Positions 33,094 through 42,419 of a stretch of DNA of 64,000 nucleotides are shown in pieces (the first letter of the stretch is position 1; the number at the start of each line of letters is the position of its first letter). The notes under the pieces are model-generated. The model had not been told where the DNA came from, searched no databases, and saw only the letters and a list, made by a program, of their open reading frames with translations. The position numbers were made by a program, and so were the translations under genes. This stretch comes from Gemmata sp. (GTDB lineage: Bacteria; Planctomycetota; Planctomycetia; Gemmatales; Gemmataceae), in contig JALHNS010000003.1 in NCBI GenBank assembly GCA_022843445.1, positions 164 to 64,163 on the forward strand, in the 5' to 3' direction.

Positions 33094-34074
33094 GTGACTA
33101 TCCGCAGCGCCGGCCGACGCGCCGGCTTTACTCTGTTGGAACTGATCGTCGCTGTCGCGGTCATCGCCGTGATTGCCGGACTGTGCTTCTGGCTGATCGG
33201 CTGTGTCAACAGGAACGAGCAGACGAACTCGACCGGCGAGCCGAACAGGTTGGCGTCCCGGTTGGCGGGCGAGTGGGTGGCTGTTGAAGTCAAATCGAAC
33301 GACAAGAAGGCCGTGAAGCTGCACTTCACAAGCGGCACGAACAAGCTGGTCTATTCCTACGTCGAGCGCGTGAGGCTCCCGATGCAGAGTCGAATGGACC
33401 CGCCCGTTTACACCGGCGAGGAGCGGAAGCAGTCGCGCACTTACGACATCGAGAAGCACACAGATCGGTCGATCCGTCTGAAGAAAGAGCCATTGGGTCA
33501 GGTGGAGATCGAGTTCGAGTTCGCCTCGGACGATGAGTTCGTCGCGATCTACAAGTGCGGGTGGGACACGCTCGAACCGAGGGTGCAAGGGCGCTTCCGC
33601 CGAGTCGTGCCTCGCACGCCGGCCCCCAGTCCAGACACCAGCCCGCTCGCGCAGGCAAAACAACACGTCCAGCGGATCGAACTGAAGCTCCAGAAGGTCG
33701 AGGCAGTTCAGCGAGAAGCACATCAGGAGCGAGACGCCCTGGTCGTCAAGCTCCGTGAGTTGGGCGTCGAGAGTGCGGCCGACTTGAAGAAGAACCCGCG
33801 TGCGCAACGGGCGGCGGAAAACCTCGCCAAGCTCGCCGCCGAGATCGAAGCGACGGATTCGCAACTGGCGACCATCGACACCGAGTTGCTCAAGGCGCGG
33901 TCGATTGTCCGGCGGATGGAACGCGAGCAGGCCGGCATCTCCGACGAGGAGATGAAGAAGCTCGCGGAGCAGTTGCGGGACGCCGAGGCGCGAACGGAAG
34001 CGGCTCCTCGGCCGATCACCCCGCTCGATGTCGATGCGGCCCTGAACGCGGCATTCGGAAAAAAGAAGCGGTAG
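33094..34074 (+). CDS. Prepilin-type N-terminal cleavage/methylation domain protein with coiled-coil C-terminus
   Basis: Class III signal RRAG|FTLLELIVAVAVIAVIAG. Confidence 0.8.
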   Translation: MTIRSAGRRAGFTLLELIVAVAVIAVIAGLCFWLIGCVNRNEQTNSTGEPNRLASRLAGEWVAVEVKSNDKKAVKLHFTSGTNKLVYSYVERVRLPMQSRMDPPVYTGEERKQSRTYDIEKHTDRSIRLKKEPLGQVEIEFEFASDDEFVAIYKCGWDTLEPRVQGRFRRVVPRTPAPSPDTSPLAQAKQHVQRIELKLQKVEAVQREAHQERDALVVKLRELGVESAADLKKNPRAQRAAENLAKLAAEIEATDSQLATIDTELLKARSIVRRMEREQAGISDEEMKKLAEQLRDAEARTEAAPRPITPLDVDAALNAAFGKKKR

Positions 34075-34121
34075 GTTCCAGAGACGGCGAGCTTGGCCGC
34101 GTTTATCAGAAGGAGGCAACC

Positions 34122-34697
34122 ATGACGACCAAGAAGATCCCGCGTGCCGAGTTCGACTGGGCGAAATTCGCTGGTGCCATCACCGAGTTCACGCAGTCCC
34201 TGACCCTCGGCTCGGTCGAGCCGTTCGTGATCGTGGAACACGGCAAGTTGATCCTCGATGACGAAGATCTCACGCTCGCGGACGACGAACAGATCCCGAC
34301 TGATCCCACTGAGCGTCTCGAAGCCGGGTGCCATCTCTTCGCCCCGTTCGCGGTGTTTCGCGATTTCGGCGAACTGGCCTGCGCCGATGGCGACGTGATC
34401 GAGGTTCCTGATCTGGGCGAAGCGGATTTGGAAGAAGACGAGGACGAAGACGCCCCACGGCTGACCGCGAAACAGCGAGAGTTGATCGAGGCCACGGTCT
34501 GCGACGAAAACCACTCCTACGGGTTCCAGATCACGTTGGATGGCGCGAACCTCGTCTTCCGGTCGGTGCTGGTCAACGAGTCGGACGGCGAATGCGATGT
34601 CGAGGCCGTCGAAGTTGCCGGTCTTGTGGACAAGCCGATGACGCGGTTCCTGAAGGGCTTCAGCAAGCAGAGGTCGAACAAGTCGCGGCGGGCGTGA
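34122..34697 (+). CDS. Acidic hypothetical protein
   Basis: 191 aa; AGGAGG SD. Confidence 0.75.
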   Translation: MTTKKIPRAEFDWAKFAGAITEFTQSLTLGSVEPFVIVEHGKLILDDEDLTLADDEQIPTDPTERLEAGCHLFAPFAVFRDFGELACADGDVIEVPDLGEADLEEDEDEDAPRLTAKQRELIEATVCDENHSYGFQITLDGANLVFRSVLVNESDGECDVEAVEVAGLVDKPMTRFLKGFSKQRSNKSRRA

Positions 34698-34806
34698 CGG
34701 AGCAAATCCGGCGGGATCGAAACGCTGCCAGTTTCGGCGTGTGGACACGTTGCGATCAGCGATGTCGGGGAACAATCTCGAACAAGGGCGACTTCATCAC
34801 ATCAGA

Positions 34807-34835
34807 TTTACAAACCCGCGAGATCGGTCTACTAT
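34807..34835 (+). promoter_or_regulatory. Sigma70-type promoter upstream of xis
   Basis: TTTACA-N17-TACTAT. Confidence 0.6.
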
Positions 34836-34947
34836 GATCCTTGTCTACACAATCTGATCGACTTGTCGGGATGCCGAGCCTCGCTGCTCATTTTTGCCTG
34901 GACGAGTCCCAACCACCCCCGCCAAAGCGGGGATCGGGGACTTTGCC

Positions 34948-35181
34948 ATGACAGCGAAAGATGCTTCGCGCGAGCTACAGGTATCGCTCTCGTTCGTGTA
35001 CAAGCTGATGGACCAGGGCGAGATCACCTACGAGCGGCGGGGAACGCGCAAGCTGCCGGTGGACCAATCCGTCGAGGAATACAAGCGCCGAAACCTCGTT
35101 GCGGCTTCGGCGGAACAGCACAGGCCGGTCAAAGGACCGGCCCCCCAATTCAGCCACCTCTTTACCGCACGAAAGAAGTGA
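34948..35181 (+). CDS. xis: Excisionase-like winged-HTH protein
   Basis: MTAKDASRELQVSLSFVYKLMDQGEITYERRG; converges on the integrase. Confidence 0.8.
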   Translation: MTAKDASRELQVSLSFVYKLMDQGEITYERRGTRKLPVDQSVEEYKRRNLVAASAEQHRPVKGPAPQFSHLFTARKK

Positions 35182-35183
35182 AA

Positions 35184-36284
35184 TCAAAAGACCTTGAAGC
35201 CATCTAACACATTGTGGACCGCCGCGTGTTCGTCGCACAGGTGTCCGTAATGCTGCCGAATCATCTTCAGGTCTTTGTGGCCGAGTAGCACGCGAAGATA
35301 TTCAAGTTTGTCGGGGTTCGCGACGATGAATTTTGTCGCGAAACTGTGGCGCAAACCGTACAGGTACAGCTTTTCAGGCCATTCGAGATTCTTCGTGTCC
35401 TTGAACTTGTTTTGCAATTGGTACAGATAGACGCCGAGCGATGCGGAAGTCCACGGTCGTCCGTGTGCGTTACGGAAGATCGGCCCGTTCGGGTGTTGGC
35501 CGTTCTTCTTCTCGACCAACTCGATGGCTTCTGAAACGAGCCAAATCCGTTTGACGTACTTGTTTTTGTTTAGGCGCAACTTGTAAAGGTCTTCCACATC
35601 CCACAGCTTCAAGTCTGGCCTGAAGTGTCGGGCTTCGACGCGACAAACCGTAGACGGCCTCGCGCCGGTCAGGGCGAGGACGCGGACTACGTCGGCGAAC
35701 GCGGGGTTCGCAACCCTCAGTACCTGCTCGTAGACTTTCGCATCCCACAAGACATCCCCGCCACGGGCCTCGCCTTCGGGGAGTTCAAGCATTCCCCGCA
35801 GGGGATTGCTGGCGATGAGCCGGACTTTCGGCTTCGTGGCCCAGTTCAGCACGGCGAGAATGATGCTCTTGTAATTCCGCTCGGTCCCGGCTGACGCGAT
35901 GCACGTCACCCGTTGGCCTTTGACCTTCTCCTTCAACGTCGGCTGCTTTTTGTCCTCGATCCACCGATTGACGTGACTGGCCCGGAGGTCGCGCACGCGG
36001 ACACCGAGGCCAATGGAACGGACGAACTCTTCGAGCCGGTCCTTGCACAGCCGGTAGCGGTCCTCTGCGTGGTTCTCCTTGACGTGGGCGAGCCACTGAT
36101 CCGCGACCTCCGCGAACGGGGGGTTCTTGTCCACGGACTCACCGAGGTCGGCCTTGTTCAGCAGGAAATGGAACTGCCGCTCGGCAATCGTCTTGTCGGT
36201 GCCGAGGCGGTGGAACACGCCATCGATGGTCGTGGTGTACTGCTCCAGACTCTCCGTCCAGTTCAGTTTCGGTTTGCGGGCCAT
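35184..36284 (-). CDS. int: Tyrosine recombinase/integrase
   Basis: Start re-called at MARKPKLNW (36284), 366 aa; TGARP, YGLRHSFAT, LLGH, HYGH catalytic motifs; N-terminal arm-binding-like domain. Confidence 0.95.
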   Translation of the reverse strand: MARKPKLNWTESLEQYTTTIDGVFHRLGTDKTIAERQFHFLLNKADLGESVDKNPPFAEVADQWLAHVKENHAEDRYRLCKDRLEEFVRSIGLGVRVRDLRASHVNRWIEDKKQPTLKEKVKGQRVTCIASAGTERNYKSIILAVLNWATKPKVRLIASNPLRGMLELPEGEARGGDVLWDAKVYEQVLRVANPAFADVVRVLALTGARPSTVCRVEARHFRPDLKLWDVEDLYKLRLNKNKYVKRIWLVSEAIELVEKKNGQHPNGPIFRNAHGRPWTSASLGVYLYQLQNKFKDTKNLEWPEKLYLYGLRHSFATKFIVANPDKLEYLRVLLGHKDLKMIRQHYGHLCDEHAAVHNVLDGFKVF

Positions 36285-36329
36285 GTCGAAACTCCGTTGT
36301 GGTGCCGGGTGGCGTTCTCTGGTTTCCAC

Positions 36330-36351
36330 CCGTTCTTTGTGCCGTTCTTTG
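36330..36351. repeat. Tandem 10-bp direct repeats, probable integrase arm-type sites
   Basis: CCGTTCTTTG at 36330-36339 and 36342-36351; degenerate GCGTTCTCTG at 36312-36321. Confidence 0.6.
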
Positions 36352-36441
36352 CGCCGGCACGCTTTCCTGAAAAGCACCAAAACCGCGAGTCTCTCGATTT
36401 GCGTGGGGAAATGCAGAACTTTCGCGCAAAGAATTGCACCG

Positions 36442-36492
36442 TCAGTGTATGCGGCCCATGAAGCCGATGCCGACGATGCCGATGCGGACCAT
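36442..36492 (-). pseudogene. 5' fragment of a Gfo/Idh/MocA oxidoreductase gene cut by the island (att junction)
   Basis: GGAGG SD (36502-36498), then ATG-VRIGIVGIGFMGRIH-TGA: a Rossmann GxGxxG start stopped after 16 codons. Confidence 0.8.
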
Positions 36493-36707
36493 GAGAGCCT
36501 CCGGAGAGTGTGCCCGTCGTTATCGGGGCCGCGAACCGCGATTGCAAGCGCCCTTCGCGGCGCGCGGGCGCTCGGCTTCGGTTCGTCGGCGACCTTTCGG
36601 CGCGCGACTCGACCGCGCGGGAGTGACGGCCTTTCTCGTTGCTCTCGCGACGGCACGTTCGGTAAAAGAGTAGTGTCCGCACTTCCGTTCTCATTGAGGC
36701 GCAGGCC

Positions 36708-38075
36708 ATGATCCGGCTCGACGCGAACCGCCCGGCTTCGTTCTGCGACGGCTCTACGCGCCGCGACTTCCTCCACGCCGGCGCGCTCGCGCCGCTCGGC
36801 ATCACGCTCGCCGGCGCGAACCGCGGTCGGGCCGAAGGCACACCCGACACCGACGTGAACTGCATCATGCTGTTCCTCGTCGGCGGGCCGAGTCAGCTCG
36901 ACACGTGGGACATGAAGCCCAAAGCCCCGGCCGAAGTGCGCGGGCCGTTCGCGCCCGCGAAGACCAACGTGCCCGGCATTGAGATCGCCGAGACGTTCCC
37001 CAAGATGGCGAAGCACGCCGACAAGTTTTCGCTCGTGCGCACCGTGTATCACACCGCGACCGCGGTTCACGACACCGGCCACCAGATGATGCAAACCGGC
37101 CGGCTGTTCGCCGGCGGCATCGAGTACCCGCACGTCGGCTGCGCGCTCGGCTACCTGAAGGGCGGGCGCGGCGAACTGCCCGCGCACGTTCTCGTTCCCA
37201 AGCCGATCGGACGCACCGGCGGGAACCTGCCGCACGGCCACTCCGCCGGCTACCTCGGCAAACCGCACGACCCGTTCATCTTGAACGCGGACCCGAACGC
37301 GCCCGGGTTCAAAGTGCCGGACCTGCTCCCGCCGGAATACCTCAGCGCGCTCCGCGCCGAACGTCGCCAGAAACTGCGCGACGCGGTGGACGGCGCGACC
37401 TCGGCGTTCGAGCAAAGCGGCGCGGCGAAGCAACTCGACGACAACTTCAAGCTCGCCTACAAGCTGATGTCCAGCACCAAAGCCCGCGACGCCTTCGCGC
37501 TCGAAAAGGAGAGCGACAAGACGAAGGACCGCTACGGCCGCACGCGGTTCGGCCAGTCGTGCCTGATGGCGCGCCGACTGATCGAAGCCGGGGTGCGGTT
37601 CGTGACCGTGAACATGTTCGAGACGGTGTTCGACGAGGTGACTTGGGACATTCACGGCTCGAAGCCGTTCACGGACATCGTGCAGATGTCGAAAGAGGTG
37701 GTGCCGAACTTCGACGCGGCGTACACGGCGCTGCTCGAAGACCTGCACGACCGCGGGCTGCTGAAGACGACGATGGTGGTCGCGGTCGGCGAGTTCGGGC
37801 GCACGCCGAAGGTGAACCCTGCCGGCGGGCGCGATCACCACCCCGGCGCGTGGACCGTCGTAATGGGCGGCGGCCCGCTGAAGGGCGGCACCGTTGTGGG
37901 CGAGACCGACGAACTCGGTTACGCGCCGAAGACGCGCCCCGTGACGCCCGGCGAAGTGGCCGCGACCATCTTCAAGGGCCTCGGCCTCGACCCGCACAAG
38001 GAACTGCCCGGCCCTCAGAACCGCCCGATCCCGCTCGCGGACTTCAACGTGAAGCCGATCGGCGAGCTGTTCTAA
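36708..38075 (+). CDS. DUF1501 domain protein
   Basis: Tat-like TRRDFL; LFLVGGPSQLDTWDMKP, QSCLMARRLIEAGVRFV, WDIH, GEFGRTPKVN, GRDHH. Confidence 0.93.
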   Translation: MIRLDANRPASFCDGSTRRDFLHAGALAPLGITLAGANRGRAEGTPDTDVNCIMLFLVGGPSQLDTWDMKPKAPAEVRGPFAPAKTNVPGIEIAETFPKMAKHADKFSLVRTVYHTATAVHDTGHQMMQTGRLFAGGIEYPHVGCALGYLKGGRGELPAHVLVPKPIGRTGGNLPHGHSAGYLGKPHDPFILNADPNAPGFKVPDLLPPEYLSALRAERRQKLRDAVDGATSAFEQSGAAKQLDDNFKLAYKLMSSTKARDAFALEKESDKTKDRYGRTRFGQSCLMARRLIEAGVRFVTVNMFETVFDEVTWDIHGSKPFTDIVQMSKEVVPNFDAAYTALLEDLHDRGLLKTTMVVAVGEFGRTPKVNPAGGRDHHPGAWTVVMGGGPLKGGTVVGETDELGYAPKTRPVTPGEVAATIFKGLGLDPHKELPGPQNRPIPLADFNVKPIGELF

Positions 38076-38090
38076 CCCAAACGAGGCATC

Positions 38091-40559
38091 ATGCCCCTGC
38101 GATATCTGCTTCCGGTGTGCGCCCTCGCATGGGGCACGCCTGCGATTGCCGCGGACCTGCGCGCGTACCCGGCCGAAATCACCATCAGTGGGCCGAACCG
38201 CGCGCAGCAACTCGTTGTGGTCGAAGAGGAGAACGGGCGCGCCGTGCGCAATCTCACTTCAAGCGCGAAGTTCGCTTCCAGCGCCGAAAGCGTCGCGAAG
38301 GTGGACGCGAGCGGCGCTGTTACTGGCTTGAATGATGGCGAGTCGACGATCACCGTCACCGTTGGCGCGAAGTCGGTCGCGGTGCCGGTGAAGGTGAGCG
38401 CCGGCGCTGAGTGGAGTTTTCGCAATCACGTGATTCCCACGCTCACGCGGGCCGGGTGCAACATGGGCGCGTGCCACGGCGCGCTCGCGGGTAAAGGCGG
38501 CATGAAACTCTCGCTCCGCGGCTACGACCCCGAAAGCGATTGGCACGTTCTCACGCGGCAGGCGCTCGGCCGGCGCGTGGACGGCGCGAAACCGGACGCG
38601 AGCCTGCTGCTGACAAAAGCGGTGCGCGCGATCCCGCACGGCGGCGGCGAGCGCTTCGACGACACTTCGCCGCACTACCAAGTGCTGCTCGATTGGATCA
38701 CGAAGGGCGCAAGTGGCCCGAAGGACGCGGACGCTGAACTCACGAAGATCGAAGCGTTCCCGCCGGCGATCCTCGTTGCACCCGGTGCGAAGAACACGTT
38801 TCGCGTCGTCGTGCGCGCGACTTACAGTAACGGCGCGGTCGAAGACGTGACCCGGCTCGCGCGGTTCGGCAGCACCGAAGAGAATGTGGCGCGCGTCAGC
38901 GAAGACGGCACCGTCACGCCCGCGGGCACCGGCGAGGCCGCGATCACCGTCGGGTTCGGCACGAAAGTGACGGCGCTCACCGTGACCGCGCCGTTCCCGA
39001 ACGCGGTGAACGCGGACGCGTTCGCCAAGTCGCAGCGGCACAACTTCGTCGACGAACACACGCTGAAGAAGCTCGAACTGCTGCGCCTCCCGCCTTCGGA
39101 ACAGTGCTCGGACGCGGAGTTCGTGCGGCGCGCGTACCTCGACACGTGCGGCATACTGCCGAAGCCCGACGAAGTGACGAAGTTCGTCGCGGACGTGGAC
39201 CCGAAGAAGCGCGCGAAGCTGATAGACGCGCTGCTCGAGCACCCGGCGTTCGTGGATTATTGGGCGCTGAAGTGGTCCGACCTGTTGCTCGTTTCGAGCC
39301 GCAAATTGCCGCAGCCGGCGATGTGGGCGTTCTACCGCAAGGTGCGGCAGAGCGTCGCGGACAATCAACCGTGGGACCGGTTCGCGCGCGACGTGCTCAC
39401 CGCGACCGGGAGCACGCTGACCAACGGCGGCGGCAACTTCTTCGTGATCCACAAAGACACCGCGGAGTTGGCCGAGTCCACCGCGCTGGCGTTCCTCGGC
39501 ACGTCCATTGGCTGCGCGAAGTGCCACAACCACCCGCTGGAGAAGTGGACCCAAGACCAATATTGGGCGTTCGCGAACCTGTTCGCGCGCGTCGGGCTGA
39601 AGAACGGGGACCGCGCCGGTGAGGTGTTCGTGCAAAGCAAGGCCGACGGCGACGCGCTGCACCCGCGCACCGGGAAGGCCGTGCCGCCCGCCCCGCTCGA
39701 CGGCAAGCCGCTCGCCGCCGATTCCGCCGCCGACCGGCGCGCGTACTTCGCCGATTGGCTTACCGCACCGGACAACCCGCTGTTCGCGCGCGCGGCCGTG
39801 AACCGCGTGTGGCGCGCGTACATGGGCCGCGGATTGGTCGAAGCCGAAGACGACCTGCGCGACACCAACCCCGCGAGCAACCGCGAACTGCTCGACGCCC
39901 TCGCCGACGACTTCGTGAAGCACAAGTTCGACCTGAAGCATTTGATGCGCACGATTCTGAACAGCGCCGCGTATCAGCGCTCGTCGAAGCCCGCGAAGGG
40001 CAACGAAGCCGACGACCGGTTCGGCTCGCGTTACTTGCTCCGACGCTTGCCGGGCGAAGTGATCCTCGATGCGTATTCGGACATCACCGGCGTGCCGACG
40101 CCGTTCGACAAACTGAACTCCGCGGCCGGTGATTCCACGTCGCCCACGAACAGCTTCCCGCGCGGCACGCGCGCCGTGCAGGTGCCGGATTCGCTCGTCA
40201 CGTCGCGGTTCCTCGACGCCTTCGGCCGACCGGAGCGCGTGCAGACGTGCGCGTGCGAGCGCACTGCGGACGCGAGCGTCGCGCAGGCACTGCACCTGAA
40301 CAACGGCCACACGCTGAACGACAAACTGCGAGACAAGAACTCCGTCGTGTCCAAGTGGATTGAGGAGAAGTTGACCGACGCGCAGATCGTGGACCGCGTG
40401 TTCCTTTCGGCACTGAGTCGAAAGCCGACGCCGGTCGAGGCGAAGAAGTTCCTAGACATTCTCGCCGAAGCCAACAAAGACCCGCAGGCGCGCCGCGAAG
40501 CACTCGAAGACTTCGTCTGGGCCGTGCTGACGGGCCGCGAGTTCCTGTTCAACCGCTAA
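38091..40559 (+). CDS. DUF1549/DUF1553 domain protein with Ig-like domains
   Basis: CNMGACHG, EFVRRAYLD, CAKCHNH, FARAAVNRVW, CACER, QALHLNNG. Confidence 0.93.
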   Translation: MPLRYLLPVCALAWGTPAIAADLRAYPAEITISGPNRAQQLVVVEEENGRAVRNLTSSAKFASSAESVAKVDASGAVTGLNDGESTITVTVGAKSVAVPVKVSAGAEWSFRNHVIPTLTRAGCNMGACHGALAGKGGMKLSLRGYDPESDWHVLTRQALGRRVDGAKPDASLLLTKAVRAIPHGGGERFDDTSPHYQVLLDWITKGASGPKDADAELTKIEAFPPAILVAPGAKNTFRVVVRATYSNGAVEDVTRLARFGSTEENVARVSEDGTVTPAGTGEAAITVGFGTKVTALTVTAPFPNAVNADAFAKSQRHNFVDEHTLKKLELLRLPPSEQCSDAEFVRRAYLDTCGILPKPDEVTKFVADVDPKKRAKLIDALLEHPAFVDYWALKWSDLLLVSSRKLPQPAMWAFYRKVRQSVADNQPWDRFARDVLTATGSTLTNGGGNFFVIHKDTAELAESTALAFLGTSIGCAKCHNHPLEKWTQDQYWAFANLFARVGLKNGDRAGEVFVQSKADGDALHPRTGKAVPPAPLDGKPLAADSAADRRAYFADWLTAPDNPLFARAAVNRVWRAYMGRGLVEAEDDLRDTNPASNRELLDALADDFVKHKFDLKHLMRTILNSAAYQRSSKPAKGNEADDRFGSRYLLRRLPGEVILDAYSDITGVPTPFDKLNSAAGDSTSPTNSFPRGTRAVQVPDSLVTSRFLDAFGRPERVQTCACERTADASVAQALHLNNGHTLNDKLRDKNSVVSKWIEEKLTDAQIVDRVFLSALSRKPTPVEAKKFLDILAEANKDPQARREALEDFVWAVLTGREFLFNR

Positions 40560-40571
40560 CCAGACACTGCC

Positions 40572-40823
40572 ATGAACCCGATCGACGAGCCGCCCGAAGA
40601 GGACACCGACGAGAGCGCCGAAGAGCAAGCGGCTGGGACCGCGCTGGACGCCGGCGCGGAAGTGATCGGCGCGGGAGCGGAAGTGGTCAGCGCCGGTGCG
40701 GAGGTCGTAGGCGGCGCGCTCGAAGCCGCGGGCGGGTGTCTGGAAGGGTGCGGCGGGTGCGCCGCCGCGATGCTCCTCATGCTGTTCGGCGCGGCCGGGA
40801 CCGCGCTGGCAGTCTTCCACTAA
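40572..40823 (+). CDS. Small hypothetical protein (acidic N-terminus, GAEV repeats, Cys cluster, hydrophobic tail)
   Basis: 83-aa ORF 12 nt after the DUF1553 stop, typical codon usage. Confidence 0.65.
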   Translation: MNPIDEPPEEDTDESAEEQAAGTALDAGAEVIGAGAEVVSAGAEVVGGALEAAGGCLEGCGGCAAAMLLMLFGAAGTALAVFH

Positions 40824-40974
40824 CCTCACGCGTGCGCCCGTGTTTGTTGGGCGCCTCGCTGCGGGTCGGGCCAACGGTCGCGAGGGGCGTCCGGCTCCCA
40901 CTACTTTCGGCAATCGGTTCCGCGGGGCGTCCGGTATACTGCGTCGGACAATACGCGCATATTTGGGAGAGGTG

Positions 40975-42357
40975 ATGTCGCACGTTTTCTACAGGGGCGC
41001 ACTCTTTGCCGCACTGTTCGGCCTGTCCGCGCCGGCCACCGGGCGCGGGGACGAGGCCGAGGAGCGCGCCGCGAAGTTCGTCGTCGAGGCGCTGGGCGCC
41101 GGGATCGAGCGCAAAGGCCCCAACGGCGATCAATACGTTGCCGGGTTGGGTCTTGGGAACTCGTCCAAAGTGACCGACGCGAACCTCGTCTCCTTCCTCA
41201 AGGCTTTCCCGCGGCTCGAGTGGGTGACGCTGAACAACACGAACATTACCAGCGCCGGGCTGAAATCGGTCGGCAGCTTGAAGCATCTGGCGAAGGCGGA
41301 CCTGACTTTCTCAAAAGTGACCGACGCCGGGCTGAAAGAACTGGCCGGGCTGCCCGAACTCGCCGAACTGCGTTTGGCAGGGATCAAGGTGACGGTGGAC
41401 GGATTGAAGCACGTCGCCGGGCTACCGAAGTTGTTCGAGTTGCAACTCTCAGGGGACCAACTCACCCCCGAGTCCGCGCGCGCGCTCGCGACTTCGCAGT
41501 CGCTCACCAAACTGAGCGTGATTCGCGCGCAAACTCTGAAGGGCGACGGGGTCGCGGAACTGGGTGCGGCCCCCGCGCTGCGCGAACTGGCGCTCATCAA
41601 CAACCCGATCACCGACGCCGGGCTGAAGGGGCTCGCGCGGGCGCGGGCCCTCGAGCGCCTCGCGGCCGAAGGCCCCGCGGTGACGGACGAGGGTCTGAAG
41701 GCGGTGGCCGCGATGCCCGCCCTGAAAGACCTCTCGCTCACCAGCGTGACCGGCGGGAAGGTCACCGACGAGGGGTTGAAGGCGCTCGTCGCGGCCCCGA
41801 AACTCCGGGGCATCGGCCTAAACGTTCCGGGGGCGAAAGTGACCGACGCGGGGCTCAAGGAACTCGCCAAGGTGCCCGCCCTCGAGTTCGTCGCGCTCGA
41901 CCTGAGCAAGACCAAAGTGACCGAGGCGGGACTCAAAGAGTTTGCGAGTTTGCGCCAACTCAAATCCGTCCGGTTCGTCCTGAACGGCACCGGCACCGGG
42001 GCCGGGCTGGTGAAAGAGTTCGCCGCACTCCCGCTGCTTTCGGAGGTCGAGCTGTCCGGCAGCACTGTTACCGACGAGCACTTCAAGGAATTCGCGCGGT
42101 ACCCGAAACTGCGCCGACTGGTTCTGGACGGGACCAAAGTGACCGACGCCGGGCTGCGGGACCTTGCGGCGATCAAAGGGCTGAGCGAATTGTCCCTCAA
42201 CGGAACCGTCGTGACCGACGCGGGGCTGATGGAACTCGCAAAGATACCCTCGCTTCGCAAGATCAGCGTCGCCGGGGCGCGCGTCACGCCCGGGGGCGTC
42301 GCGGCGTTCAAGAAGGTAAATCGCGCCTGCACCGTCGTTACAACCGCACCGAAGTGA
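40975..42357 (+). CDS. Exported leucine-rich repeat (RNI-like) protein
   Basis: Repeated L..L.L....VTDAGLKELA units; signal peptide; start re-called after GAGAGGTG. Confidence 0.9.
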   Translation: MSHVFYRGALFAALFGLSAPATGRGDEAEERAAKFVVEALGAGIERKGPNGDQYVAGLGLGNSSKVTDANLVSFLKAFPRLEWVTLNNTNITSAGLKSVGSLKHLAKADLTFSKVTDAGLKELAGLPELAELRLAGIKVTVDGLKHVAGLPKLFELQLSGDQLTPESARALATSQSLTKLSVIRAQTLKGDGVAELGAAPALRELALINNPITDAGLKGLARARALERLAAEGPAVTDEGLKAVAAMPALKDLSLTSVTGGKVTDEGLKALVAAPKLRGIGLNVPGAKVTDAGLKELAKVPALEFVALDLSKTKVTEAGLKEFASLRQLKSVRFVLNGTGTGAGLVKEFAALPLLSEVELSGSTVTDEHFKEFARYPKLRRLVLDGTKVTDAGLRDLAAIKGLSELSLNGTVVTDAGLMELAKIPSLRKISVAGARVTPGGVAAFKKVNRACTVVTTAPK

Positions 42358-42419
42358 GAGAGCGGTACCGATTGCCCGAACCCAGCGCCGCACTCTAGGC
42401 CCATCGGACGAAAGGCACA

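Noticed and set aside
35184-38210. 1008-aa integrase ORF
   Set aside because: The N-terminal ~640 aa are the antisense shadow of the DUF1501 gene and intergenic DNA; the real start is 36284.
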